Made by a program: the position numbers and the translations under genes
In this document: one piece after another, positions 18,301-26,858 of the stretch
Layout of the letters: every line of letters starts with the position of its first letter
Position numbering within the stretch: the stretch's first letter is position 1
Notes under the pieces: model-generated
What the model was told of the DNA's origin: nothing
The model's input: the letters and a program-made list of their open reading frames with translations, nothing else
Databases searched by the model: none
Source of the DNA: a virus
IMG/VR virus record: IMGVR_UViG_3300010883_007299
Span: 32,474-96,473 of that record
DNA: 64,000 nucleotides
Strand: one strand, 5' to 3'

Positions 18301-20443
18301 CCATGGGTAACTGTTCGTCATATGTACCTGACTTGATAAACAAAGTACGACTCGGCATGATTGGCAATGATCGGGCAGGCAATGTACTTAAATTACTTAC
18401 CAAAGCATTTGTTTCAATCAACACATGAGCGGTGATGAATTCATCAGCCGCACCCTCAGCATTATTACCAGTCGTTGTCTGTGTAGTAATTACTGGTGAC
18501 TGTAATGAACTATAAGCTGAATTTGTAAAGATGTAATTATTAATAACATCTCTTAATTTATTATGAATATCAACCTCGACCTGTCGAGCATTGTTATTTG
18601 CAGTAGCGCCGCCACCCTTATATGTATCACCACTTGGGCCGCCGACGTATGTATCATTCGCCCAGAACATATGAGTAAAAGCTCGAATCCAACAGTTACC
18701 ACCATAAGTCATATCGTGGTCTAGAGCATCAATCATATAACCAATGTCTCTTTCGCACTTGGCGACATCGTATGTAAATCCGTACCAGATTGAACCTGAG
18801 GTAGATGCGTTAATAGCAACTTGCTGTGCAGCATAAGCAACCATTTCATCTTTCAACCACTCTTTATTAGCGCTCAACAAGGCGTGTGCATATGCTGGAA
18901 CACCACCCTTAATAGCATTTGAAGTAGCACTAACAAATGTATGTGCATGAGTAATAGGTGCAACACCGACATTTATTGTAATTGTTGTTGCCGATACGGC
19001 ATCAACAGCGATAGGTTTATTATAATGCGGATCAGTTGATCTCGGATATGAATGGTTTGAAGCATGACTATCTTGAGCACAAGTAAATGTTACAGCGCCT
19101 GAGTCCATTGTAATGTAAGAACCAGCAAGTATACTATGTGATCCTACAGTCAATTCCATAACACCAGATGTAGGTTCGTATGTTGCACCTGTTGTTGTAA
19201 GGAATGTTAAAGGATTACATTGTGCAGCCGCTTCTAATCGTACTAGGGCATACTTAATCGTAAGCCAAGGTTTGTCTAAAGAAGTTCCTCGTCCAGTTTG
19301 GGTATCATCTAAGCCGTTTTTGCTAACATAAAATATGTTAGGAACAACGCCCGAATATCCCCATTCAGGATCAAGACCCTCAGCATTAACTTTAAGTACT
19401 TGTCCTGAAGGACCTATCGGCAAACGAAAGTTAGCAGTAGCATTTCTGGAGAGTATATCACCCCGTGTGGATAATACTGCCGCAGAATCACCTTCAGCAA
19501 CTAGGTCCCAATATACGCCAGCGGCATCTGTTACTGGATCATTGGTTGCAGATGCAGAGGTGTGAGTTAATTTACAACGATATGAATTAGCAATGTGACC
19601 GACAACATCACCAGGACTATATACTGTAGCATTGGACCATGCATCTTTCCATGTCAAGCCTTCTACAACGAGTTCCCAATGTGTCGTCGAGTCTGGTGCA
19701 TTACCTGTAGTATCAATCTTGGCGGCAAAAGAGTGGCCACCGTAGATTACTAAATCGCCCGGATTATAAGCCGTAGCGTTGTTATATGCACCTTTCTGTT
19801 TAAATCCTGTAGATAAAATATCCCAATCTAGGGTATTGTTATAAGGAACAACACCAATATTCTGTCTTATCGCAACATAGTTATAACCGCCGTAGGTTAC
19901 AACATCACCCTGTTGGTAGTTTGAGCCCACTACCCACGAATCTTCAAATTCTAAACCTGAAGCAAATAGTGCCCAGTTAGCATCTGTTAATGTGGCTCCA
20001 CCAGTATGTTGTGTTGTACAAATGTAAGTTGAGGGACCATACTTAACTACATCATTAAGTTTATATGCGGTAGCATTTGCATAGTTACCTTTCCATGCAA
20101 AACCAGAGTTATACTCTGTCCATTTTGCTGTATCGTCATATAGACTAGCCTGTGATGTATGACCAGTATTACAAATATAATTCTTACCACCCCAAGATAC
20201 TACTTCATCTACTTTGTAATACGTTGTTCCACCCCAAGCGCCTTTAAATTCTTGACCACTTGTAAACTTTTCAGTTTTACTAGCGGCAAGGTCTACATAA
20301 AAGTCCGCGTTGGCGGTATGGTTCTCTTTTACGACATAAACGTTACCACCGTACTTTACACAATCGTCTTTGATGTATACAGTACCGGTAACCCAGTCGC
20401 CTTTAAAATGGAATCTTAGTCTTCCTAATACAAAATCTGCCAT
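15338..20443 (-). CDS. Large tail-fibre/spike protein with carbohydrate-binding-like repeats and a pectin-lyase-like beta-helix
   Basis: About six N-terminal (K)G.W....Y..(D/G)DVV.YG repeats. FYVSKNG.D...G.SLDKPW.TI, FIKSGTYDEQLP and SPFVQN beta-helix motifs. 1701 aa. Confidence 0.82.
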   Translation of the reverse strand: MADFVLGRLRFHFKGDWVTGTVYIKDDCVKYGGNVYVVKENHTANADFYVDLAASKTEKFTSGQEFKGAWGGTTYYKVDEVVSWGGKNYICNTGHTSQASLYDDTAKWTEYNSGFAWKGNYANATAYKLNDVVKYGPSTYICTTQHTGGATLTDANWALFASGLEFEDSWVVGSNYQQGDVVTYGGYNYVAIRQNIGVVPYNNTLDWDILSTGFKQKGAYNNATAYNPGDLVIYGGHSFAAKIDTTGNAPDSTTHWELVVEGLTWKDAWSNATVYSPGDVVGHIANSYRCKLTHTSASATNDPVTDAAGVYWDLVAEGDSAAVLSTRGDILSRNATANFRLPIGPSGQVLKVNAEGLDPEWGYSGVVPNIFYVSKNGLDDTQTGRGTSLDKPWLTIKYALVRLEAAAQCNPLTFLTTTGATYEPTSGVMELTVGSHSILAGSYITMDSGAVTFTCAQDSHASNHSYPRSTDPHYNKPIAVDAVSATTITINVGVAPITHAHTFVSATSNAIKGGVPAYAHALLSANKEWLKDEMVAYAAQQVAINASTSGSIWYGFTYDVAKCERDIGYMIDALDHDMTYGGNCWIRAFTHMFWANDTYVGGPSGDTYKGGGATANNNARQVEVDIHNKLRDVINNYIFTNSAYSSLQSPVITTQTTTGNNAEGAADEFITAHVLIETNALVSNLSTLPARSLPIMPSRTLFIKSGTYDEQLPMAIPEGVAVMGDEMRSVTVRPGPGTSDDSTTPNNRSDMFQMTEKTTIRGVSMNGLIGQLASASSDGLQRPTETAGATRSGVAVALNPNGLVYLQSPFVQNAVHVSYSGAVGIKVDGGLQPMGYDSILSNDFTQICDDGVGVWMKNAGRSEIVSVFTYYCHMGYLADSGGTIRAANCNNSYGEYGAVSSGVDPLEVPATGTVNNLSQQAVVGRVLAGHNTAGTGAIQRIEFEYAGNNYNHGVGATLGTFGAAHASRTQGSYVACTQDATTGSGTGLIVNIDIGSSGQVTAHLLISGGDAHVAADTISINDSQLGGGGAPALTFNVATIETATIAFSGAGASGAATLAINDGGVRHVDVTTVGENHITTTSSAQTGTATTITLALSDTNVTGFYNGMRLTITDGTGCGQTGVIQAHNGSTKVCTMVNEVASSGWDYFGGRSSAETSLNATTTYEIEPRIHFTGGGSPTRTALARVSVKSSKIQKIFILDTGAGYSSAPTAIITDPNATTLGTATPVIGNGVIGQSTITVGGTGYKTATTTGTVSGDGYSNINPVGNSFVADGLSKAPKEGASFQFAHDSNTSYLVVAATNYQGQSKFTPSAATYDPITGVLVLTVGTHTLTVGQTIEIVNNSLTFTCAHDSHGSNHTYPRASDPASGKSLSITAIAATTLTVNVGVSSNTTAHLFVSSTANAVTGGLGQATIQCSPLITKSLTPPDNTAITFRDKYSNIRMTGHDFLDIGTGSFADTNYPTEEPLQASDADDEVVELDRGRVFYTSTDQDGNYRVGDLFKVHQATGKATLNAESFDLSGLQELSLGSVALGSFGATVSEFSTDGTLSGNSDNALVTEKAIRTYVETQLGGGSNNLTVNEILVGQLKLHSNILITTVTDGDLKVQTNGTGKILLEAQTQTAIVPTVDADIVNKTYADKYDAPAATALVYNSETGGLSHVVSTNYNVPSQTATFGNAAFWFAAGEAATLEIDANGHLQMNVS

Positions 20444-20447
20444 TGTT

Positions 20448-20876
20448 TTATCCTATCCAGTTTTCTGTAGCGCCGTCTTGAGCAGCGGCATATGTAAAGT
20501 TATGTTGATATCGAGCTACGATATTTCCATCACTGTTCAAAAAGTATGTTAATTTGTTCTTATCAAATCTCATTTGTTCATAAGCCCTATCACCAGAATT
20601 TGTCTGATGTTGTAATCTTCCTGACTCATATAGGCCATATTGTGATTCGTTTATATTATTATTGCCTGCGTCCGTATTTGTTTCTAATTCTTCTATACCG
20701 CCGAACGCATATCCTTCCCCACTATTTATCGAAATTGCATCTGTACCATTAAAGTAAACTTTCTTATATGTAAGCAATCCCGTATCATCTCTATGCAAAA
20801 CATGAAGTGCATATTCATCCGTAATATCTTTTTCTCGGCTCTCATCTCGAGCCGCAGCACTAATTAGCATCGGCAT
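20448..20876 (-). CDS. Hypothetical virion protein
   Basis: 142 aa, coupled (TAATG) within the structural operon. Confidence 0.65.
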   Translation of the reverse strand: MPMLISAAARDESREKDITDEYALHVLHRDDTGLLTYKKVYFNGTDAISINSGEGYAFGGIEELETNTDAGNNNINESQYGLYESGRLQHQTNSGDRAYEQMRFDKNKLTYFLNSDGNIVARYQHNFTYAAAQDGATENWIG

Positions 20877-21214
20877 TAGCTAACCTCCAATACACTTAAA
20901 AAACATTCTAGGTGGTTGACATCTCCAACAACTCTTATTTTATCCCCAGCCCCCAAATTAACTGGCTTATCCAGTATCAAAGTATTTTGAGCTGCAATCT
21001 CTAAAGATTTACCTATATGTCTAAACGTTGTACCACCATCTACTGTTACTTTAACATCAACATTACCCACACTTGATAAATCTAAATTTGAAATATAAAC
21101 AGCGTGCAATATAGCTCTAGAAGATGTCGGACTTGCTGGACAAGTATAGATATCCGCTGTACTGTTATCTATCTGTGCTACTGCCGCACCTGCGTTTTTA
21201 AAATTACTTGCCAT
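20876..21214 (-). CDS. Small virion protein (paralog of 35120-35446)
   Basis: MASNFKNA...IYTCPA...ISN...GDKIRV...SVLEVS family. Confidence 0.7.
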   Translation of the reverse strand: MASNFKNAGAAVAQIDNSTADIYTCPASPTSSRAILHAVYISNLDLSSVGNVDVKVTVDGGTTFRHIGKSLEIAAQNTLILDKPVNLGAGDKIRVVGDVNHLECFLSVLEVS

Positions 21215-21217
21215 ATA

Positions 21218-21592
21218 TTATAACGCAATAGCAAATGCTATTATGTCTCCATCAGTAGCTAATGTTCCATCTGCATTAGGTAAGGTTAATACTCTATCAA
21301 CATCTGGATCTTGGACAGTAAGTGTTAGCTCTGCCGCATCAGGTGTTGAACCTTCAAACACTATATTTGAACCATCTAAATGTATATCATTTGAAGTTGA
21401 ATTGTTTGCTTGTGTTACATCATGGAGTGTGACACCAACCGCACCACCGACTTCCTTGATGTTATTACTACTATCTTTAATATAGAGTTTTTGGTCAGCG
21501 GTATTGATTGCAATTTCGCCAACTTCTAAATCACCAGTACCAGGAGGGGTACTAGCAATTTCGTTACGTTTTACCTTGATTACTTGAGGCAT
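21218..21592 (-). CDS. Short fibre-like protein
   Basis: N-terminus IKVKR...DLEVGEIAINTADQKLY resembles the start of the 2721 fibre. Contains IVFEG.TPD..E.TLTV.DP..DR.LTLPNA.GT and ends IAFAIAL. Confidence 0.72.
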   Translation of the reverse strand: MPQVIKVKRNEIASTPPGTGDLEVGEIAINTADQKLYIKDSSNNIKEVGGAVGVTLHDVTQANNSTSNDIHLDGSNIVFEGSTPDAAELTLTVQDPDVDRVLTLPNADGTLATDGDIIAFAIAL

Positions 21593-21620
21593 AAATTACC
21601 CTCTATGGTTATTATATATC

Positions 21621-21628
21621 TATTTATA
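21621..21628 (-). promoter_or_regulatory. T4-type late promoter TATAAATA
   Basis: Exact consensus upstream of the 21592 start. Confidence 0.7.
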
Positions 21629-21653
21629 CAAAAAACCATCTTATCCACTGGTT

Positions 21654-21665
21654 TATTTATAAATA
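21654..21665. promoter_or_regulatory. Palindromic TATTTATAAATA: late-promoter box on both strands
   Basis: Minus-strand box at 21654-21661 and plus-strand box at 21658-21665, the latter 5 nt before an ATG at 21671. Confidence 0.55.
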
Positions 21666-21670
21666 CTTTC

Positions 21671-21826
21671 ATGTCACAAAAATTAAAACAAAGTAGGCGT
21701 GTAGGAAAGAAACTTATAATAGTAATGCCGGCCAGTTCAGCTGAACGTCACAATGGATGGCCACCAGATAGACAATCTCGTAAGAAAGAACCAAAATTAA
21801 AAATACTATTTAAACATATCAAATAA
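21671..21826 (+). CDS. Small basic hypothetical protein (51 aa), possibly leaderless
   Basis: MSQKLKQSRRVGKK... starts directly after TATAAATA and fills the intergenic gap. Confidence 0.4.
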   Translation: MSQKLKQSRRVGKKLIIVMPASSAERHNGWPPDRQSRKKEPKLKILFKHIK

Positions 21827-23815
21827 CAATGGATCTCCTCTTTTAAATGTTGTTGCTATTACATCTCTAATATATGTTTCAGTTCGTTTGTCTCCACTAT
21901 AATCTAACCATTTAAATTTAGATAACGTAGATGCATGATTGCCTGTCGTTTGCAATATGTCTTTAGAAACCTTTATTCTCTCAGGTTCATCCATTGGTTC
22001 GCTCCACCAATTAGATTTTGCTACTTTAAAATACTCTTGCCAATCATGTTCCATGGTAAATACAAACCCTTTAGTATAATCGTAATCCGGGGTTACTATT
22101 AAATCTAGATTAAATTTCATTATACTATATAAGTTTTTTACGTCATAAGTATTTCGCATATATTGTTTTAATTCTTTTCTATATTCTGCAAAGTTAAGTA
22201 ACAATAAAATTGTAATATATTCTTCAACATCGTACATAGGTTTTAATGTTGGCACTTCTTCAACTTCATATTCCCAAAACCAATCATTTTCCAAATCAAA
22301 TATAAAGTTATTGATATGTTCATTTATTTTTGAATATATAGAATATACTGTGGGATATTTTGGATTCATAAAAAAGTTATTATGAAAATCTCTATAAAAA
22401 TCTTCATATGATATATTGTGTGTGAGCTTTAAATAAATCGAAATGTATCGTGTAAATCCAAATCCATGAAAACTTCTTATCATAGCTGAAAAATTATATA
22501 TATCTATATAATCTAATCTACTATATGTAGAAGTAGATATAACAAATTCGCCTGACGAGGTTACCTCTTTTGGATTATCTTTCTTTCGGCGTCGTTGTTG
22601 TGGGTGTCGTTCTATTGTTTCTATCTGCCATTTCTTTTTATAAGCTGGTTCATTGGCTGGTGAATTTGGTAAAATTTGGAAATGAAATACTATAAAGTTT
22701 TCTAGTATACCTTCATTCATTACATCAAAAAAGTTTTGTTGCCATCTATCATAATTATCTCCTGGCAGTCCCATTATAAAACAAGATTCAATAGGTATAT
22801 TGTGATTACCAGTTTCTTTTGCTAATTTAATTAGTTCTTTATGAGGAATATTTTTCCGGTCAATAGCTTTTAATACAACATCGGATGTTGATTGTAAAGG
22901 TAATACACAAGTGGTTAACATCTCAGCGTCCCTAGCAATTTTTAATATTTCTTTTGTATAGTCCAATTTAGTTTTAGTGTGTTGTAAAAAAATTCTTGGT
23001 GGGTAACCACTCCTTTCTTTAACTTCTGCCATCTTGGATGTTATGTCTATATCTCTAGGAAAAATTCCAAAGTTAGCATTAATAACATCTATGAATCCAA
23101 TGCCAGCTTCCCCAGCAAACTCTATATCTTTATACACCACTTCTAAAGGAATCTTTCTAATTTTTTGTAGAGTAGCACTACCCCAATCACAGAATGTACA
23201 ACCAAATGGACAACCCCTATCACTTTCTAACATGAGAGCAGTATTGTCTGAACTATGACAAAACTTTTTACTATCATGTGCAAGTTCCATAAATTCTTCA
23301 GCATAATCATGGAAATATGATTTAGTAAACTCTTTTTTTAATATTGGCATACCAGTATCACCACCATTCTTTAAAACCAATCCAGGAATATCCTCAAAAT
23401 CCATAGTGCCTAATACAACTTCTTCAACTATTCTAGGAAAGGAATACTCACCTTCATGTTTAACAACAATATCTATTTGTGGATTTTTATAGAAAAACTC
23501 TATGTCTCTGTAATAAGGTTCTGGTCCTCCTACAACGACAAGACAATTCGGGTTTTCTTTTTTTATTTCGGCTGCTAGATTATAATTAGTTTCCCTGTTC
23601 CAGGTATAAACAGAACAAGCAAAAATGTTTAGATTTTTTAAATCATATCTAGATAATTTAATATGGTTCTTCCTATAGTATATCGGTTTATACCAATTAA
23701 CTTCATCACCCAAACCAGGAACATCATCAACAGACCCTTTAAGAATTCCATGTATATATGGTAGATATTCAAAAGAGGTATATGAACATGGATTACTATA
23801 TAATATATCAATCAT
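21806..23815 (-). CDS. Cobalamin-binding radical SAM protein
   Basis: B12-binding-type N-terminus (SVYTWN...VVVGGPE...EGE) and RGCPFGCTFCDWG CxxxCxxC motif, with NANFGIFPRD and IMGLPGD. Confidence 0.88.
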   Translation of the reverse strand: MIDILYSNPCSYTSFEYLPYIHGILKGSVDDVPGLGDEVNWYKPIYYRKNHIKLSRYDLKNLNIFACSVYTWNRETNYNLAAEIKKENPNCLVVVGGPEPYYRDIEFFYKNPQIDIVVKHEGEYSFPRIVEEVVLGTMDFEDIPGLVLKNGGDTGMPILKKEFTKSYFHDYAEEFMELAHDSKKFCHSSDNTALMLESDRGCPFGCTFCDWGSATLQKIRKIPLEVVYKDIEFAGEAGIGFIDVINANFGIFPRDIDITSKMAEVKERSGYPPRIFLQHTKTKLDYTKEILKIARDAEMLTTCVLPLQSTSDVVLKAIDRKNIPHKELIKLAKETGNHNIPIESCFIMGLPGDNYDRWQQNFFDVMNEGILENFIVFHFQILPNSPANEPAYKKKWQIETIERHPQQRRRKKDNPKEVTSSGEFVISTSTYSRLDYIDIYNFSAMIRSFHGFGFTRYISIYLKLTHNISYEDFYRDFHNNFFMNPKYPTVYSIYSKINEHINNFIFDLENDWFWEYEVEEVPTLKPMYDVEEYITILLLLNFAEYRKELKQYMRNTYDVKNLYSIMKFNLDLIVTPDYDYTKGFVFTMEHDWQEYFKVAKSNWWSEPMDEPERIKVSKDILQTTGNHASTLSKFKWLDYSGDKRTETYIRDVIATTFKRGDPLLFDMFK

Positions 23816-24470
23816 TGATTAGGGCCTCGTATTCTTTTTTTAATAACTCTGATTTATTTAAATCTATTTTCTGTAATCTTTTAAACTGTTCTAGTTTAGC
23901 TTGGTCGTTAGTACCTTTTATTTTTTCAAATAAATGTAAAGTAAATCGGTTAGCTTTCTGAAAATCTGATGAGAGCCAATCTTTACCAGTAACATATGTT
24001 CTACATTCAACAAATCCACATTGACAATTTTCAAATTGCAGAACATCATCGTCATGTATAGTACCATAGTCTACAGATAGTTCCTCATCCTTTTTAATAT
24101 TTGTTAGTGTTTTAATACACATTTGTCCACTAACATAGCAATTAGGTTTACAAGTATGATTGATAGTAGCGGCATATTTATCCGTACCCATTTGTAATAA
24201 CATATGATTAGGATCAATCTGAACACCAGTTGCAAAGTTCCATCTTGATTTAACAGCGTTATATTCTTCAACTGTAAGTACTATACCACCTGCTAATACA
24301 ACTGTTTCTCCAGCACCTATATCTTCTATAGCAAATCTACCATTGCCTGCATTAGGAATTAATGATGGCCTTACTTCTGTTTGTGGTGACATCCAAGATA
24401 GACCAATTGGATTTTTATCCAACCAATCAATCAATTCGTTTATTCTGGAAATTTTCATATAAGTGTTCAT
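23808..24470 (-). CDS. SET-domain (lysine methyltransferase-like) protein
   Basis: GNGRFAIEDIGAGE, INHTCKPNC, EELSVDYG and post-SET CQCG...CR motifs. Confidence 0.88.
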   Translation of the reverse strand: MNTYMKISRINELIDWLDKNPIGLSWMSPQTEVRPSLIPNAGNGRFAIEDIGAGETVVLAGGIVLTVEEYNAVKSRWNFATGVQIDPNHMLLQMGTDKYAATINHTCKPNCYVSGQMCIKTLTNIKKDEELSVDYGTIHDDDVLQFENCQCGFVECRTYVTGKDWLSSDFQKANRFTLHLFEKIKGTNDQAKLEQFKRLQKIDLNKSELLKKEYEALIND

Positions 24471-25416
24471 ACCCTATTGTTAAAGTTTTCACTTGTTCAT
24501 CATAATCTGTCCAAAGTTCTTGAACATTTCCCCAATGCGCTTGGAATTCGGTTCGCAGTTCATGTTCCAACTGCATCTCTGGTTTTGGGATATATTCAAA
24601 TCCAGTATAGTCTGTATACCATCTTCCTTTACGGCACCAACTTACAATTCTAGGACGTGGTTTTAAATTAGGGAAATGTGATATGTACATTTCATTTTTA
24701 TTATACTGCATGGCAACATCAGTATGTTCTATGTTATTAGCAAATTTAATTGTTTCCCAATCTAAAAATTGACTAGTCTTTAACTCTGGTGTATATTTAA
24801 AAAACGACCCAGCACCATTTCTATTTTTATGTCTCAAATATCGTTCTTGACATCTTAATATTTCTGTATCTATATTCCAAGATTTGGTTGCTATTTTTTT
24901 ATTTCTATTTAAATCAGCTTCTCCATATCCAATTACAGGAAAACCATCAACTAGTTCCATTGCCCATGGAAGAATACAAAATTGAGGAGTCCAAGATTGT
25001 ATTAACGATCCAATATCCCATGCTTCATTTTCTAAAAATTTCATATAATCTAAATCTAGAATAAGTGGTTCTATATTATATTCATCACACCACTCTACAG
25101 CAAATTTCATATCATGCCAATTCCAAGAATCAGTCAATCTAATAATAACTATTTTAAAAGGCACACCCGATAATCTAAATGATTCTGCTACTACAGCAGA
25201 GTCCATACCTCCACTAAAATAGATAGTGGGTATTTCTCCGTTAGCTTCATCATATATAAGTTTTGCTGTTGCTATACATTCTTCACGCCAAGGTAATGGT
25301 TCTCTAGTTAATCTTCCATACCTTACAAAAAATTCATCACTATCCTTTTCACGAAATGAAAATGGAATATCATTATAACCCCATACAAATGTATTTCTAT
25401 AATTCACGAAAGACAT
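24427..25416 (-). CDS. PP-loop (N-type) ATP pyrophosphatase-family protein
   Basis: IYFSGGMDSAVV PP-loop of the asparagine synthase/QueC/NAD synthetase superfamily. Confidence 0.65.
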   Translation of the reverse strand: MSFVNYRNTFVWGYNDIPFSFREKDSDEFFVRYGRLTREPLPWREECIATAKLIYDEANGEIPTIYFSGGMDSAVVAESFRLSGVPFKIVIIRLTDSWNWHDMKFAVEWCDEYNIEPLILDLDYMKFLENEAWDIGSLIQSWTPQFCILPWAMELVDGFPVIGYGEADLNRNKKIATKSWNIDTEILRCQERYLRHKNRNGAGSFFKYTPELKTSQFLDWETIKFANNIEHTDVAMQYNKNEMYISHFPNLKPRPRIVSWCRKGRWYTDYTGFEYIPKPEMQLEHELRTEFQAHWGNVQELWTDYDEQVKTLTIGYEHLYENFQNKRID

Positions 25417-25843
25417 AACAATTTACTCCCCAATCAGCCTGTTCAAATTCAGACTCTTTAGTAAATCCAGCTCGAATATATAAAGGCAGTACTGCTTCGT
25501 TAGGATAACCCCACACACCATCGCCACCTAAATCTTTTGCTGTTTGTATTGTTTGATCCAATAACAATTTGCCAAAACCTTTGCGTCTATATTCTGACAA
25601 AACATAAAATGATCGAACACGATATAGGTTATTAGGAGTTAAATATACACTGAGAGTACCGCAAAGTTTAAATCCTATATACACTCCAAAGAATGTTACC
25701 TTTACTTCATCGTCAGATAAAGTCCACTTTGCATCTTTTTTGTAACTCATTTTTGCATATTTTTTATGTTCTCTGCCAGGATGTAATAACTCTATCAATG
25801 GTAATGTATCTTTAAACTCCACTGTCCTCATGTCATAATTCAT
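25397..25843 (-). CDS. GNAT-family acetyltransferase
   Basis: FYVLSEYRRKGFGKLLL acetyl-CoA motif and N..VLPLY.RAGF. Start placed at 25843 to avoid overlap with the divergent gene. Confidence 0.85.
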   Translation of the reverse strand: MNYDMRTVEFKDTLPLIELLHPGREHKKYAKMSYKKDAKWTLSDDEVKVTFFGVYIGFKLCGTLSVYLTPNNLYRVRSFYVLSEYRRKGFGKLLLDQTIQTAKDLGGDGVWGYPNEAVLPLYIRAGFTKESEFEQADWGVNCYVFREL

Positions 25844-25845
25844 AG

Positions 25846-25859
25846 TATAAATATTTATC
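25846..25859. promoter_or_regulatory. Overlapping divergent late-promoter boxes
   Basis: Plus TATAAATA 25846-25853 (ATG at 25860) and minus GATAAATA 25852-25859 (ATG at 25843). Confidence 0.55.
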
Positions 25860-26858
25860 ATGGCCACCTATGAAGAAAAAATGTATGCTGCACTATCTAG
25901 AGATAAAATAAATTTAGATATACACAGTAAGTGTACTTTAAAATGTAGTGGTTGTGCTAGAAAACAATATAATGATTATAAAATAAAAGTACCCGGCGAA
26001 AGAATGTCTATAGAATGTTTTAAAAAAATCATAGAATTTTTTGTTTGTGTAAATTTTTGTGGCCAAATATCAGATCCTATATTACATCCAAAATTTCCTG
26101 AATTTTTAAAACTTACTTATGAAAAAGGAACCGAGGCCAGAGTGGCCACTGCTGCTTCTCACAAACCTTTATCTTGGCATAAAAAATGTTATGAAGCAAA
26201 TCCAAAGGCAAGATGGATATTTGGTATAGATGGTCTTCCAGAAGAAAGCCATAAGTATAGAGTTAATCAAGATGGTATAAAGGAATTTGAAAGAATGAAG
26301 TTATGTGCTGAAATGGGATTAGATACTTTGTGGCAATATATAATTTTTGATTATAATGAAAATCATGTAGATGAAGCCAGACAAATGGCTACCGATATTG
26401 GTGTTTGGTTTGTAGAGTTACGATCTACAAGGTGGAATAAACAAACCATACATTTAAAACCTAAACAAGAAGATTCTTTTGGAGAAAAAAATCTTATAGA
26501 AAAATTACGTCCAAAATGTATAGAAAAATTAGATAAACTTAAACCAGAAAGTTTGGCTAGACATGGACCAAAACAATTAGGTCATTCATCACTTGGATAT
26601 CTTCTTCCTTGTTGTTGGCAAGATCCATCAGCTATTAGAATTAAAGAAACTGAAGATATAAAAGATTTATTTCAAGATCATTTAAAAATAGAGAATGTAG
26701 ATACTATAGAAGAAATTTTATTTTCTGATGAATGGATAAACTTTTTTAAAGTATTGGTAACTGATCCAGAAAATGCTCCATCTAGCTGTCAAAGACGTTG
26801 TAAGGAGTTGGTAGTTGATGAACATGACCGTATAATAACAAATGTAATAGTCAAATAA
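25860..26858 (+). CDS. Radical SAM protein with C-terminal SPASM/twitch-like cysteines
   Basis: CTLKCSGC, FCGQISDP, FGIDGL, WQYIIF.YNE and LLPCCW...CQRRC. It is the only large plus-strand gene. Confidence 0.88.
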   Translation: MATYEEKMYAALSRDKINLDIHSKCTLKCSGCARKQYNDYKIKVPGERMSIECFKKIIEFFVCVNFCGQISDPILHPKFPEFLKLTYEKGTEARVATAASHKPLSWHKKCYEANPKARWIFGIDGLPEESHKYRVNQDGIKEFERMKLCAEMGLDTLWQYIIFDYNENHVDEARQMATDIGVWFVELRSTRWNKQTIHLKPKQEDSFGEKNLIEKLRPKCIEKLDKLKPESLARHGPKQLGHSSLGYLLPCCWQDPSAIRIKETEDIKDLFQDHLKIENVDTIEEILFSDEWINFFKVLVTDPENAPSSCQRRCKELVVDEHDRIITNVIVK

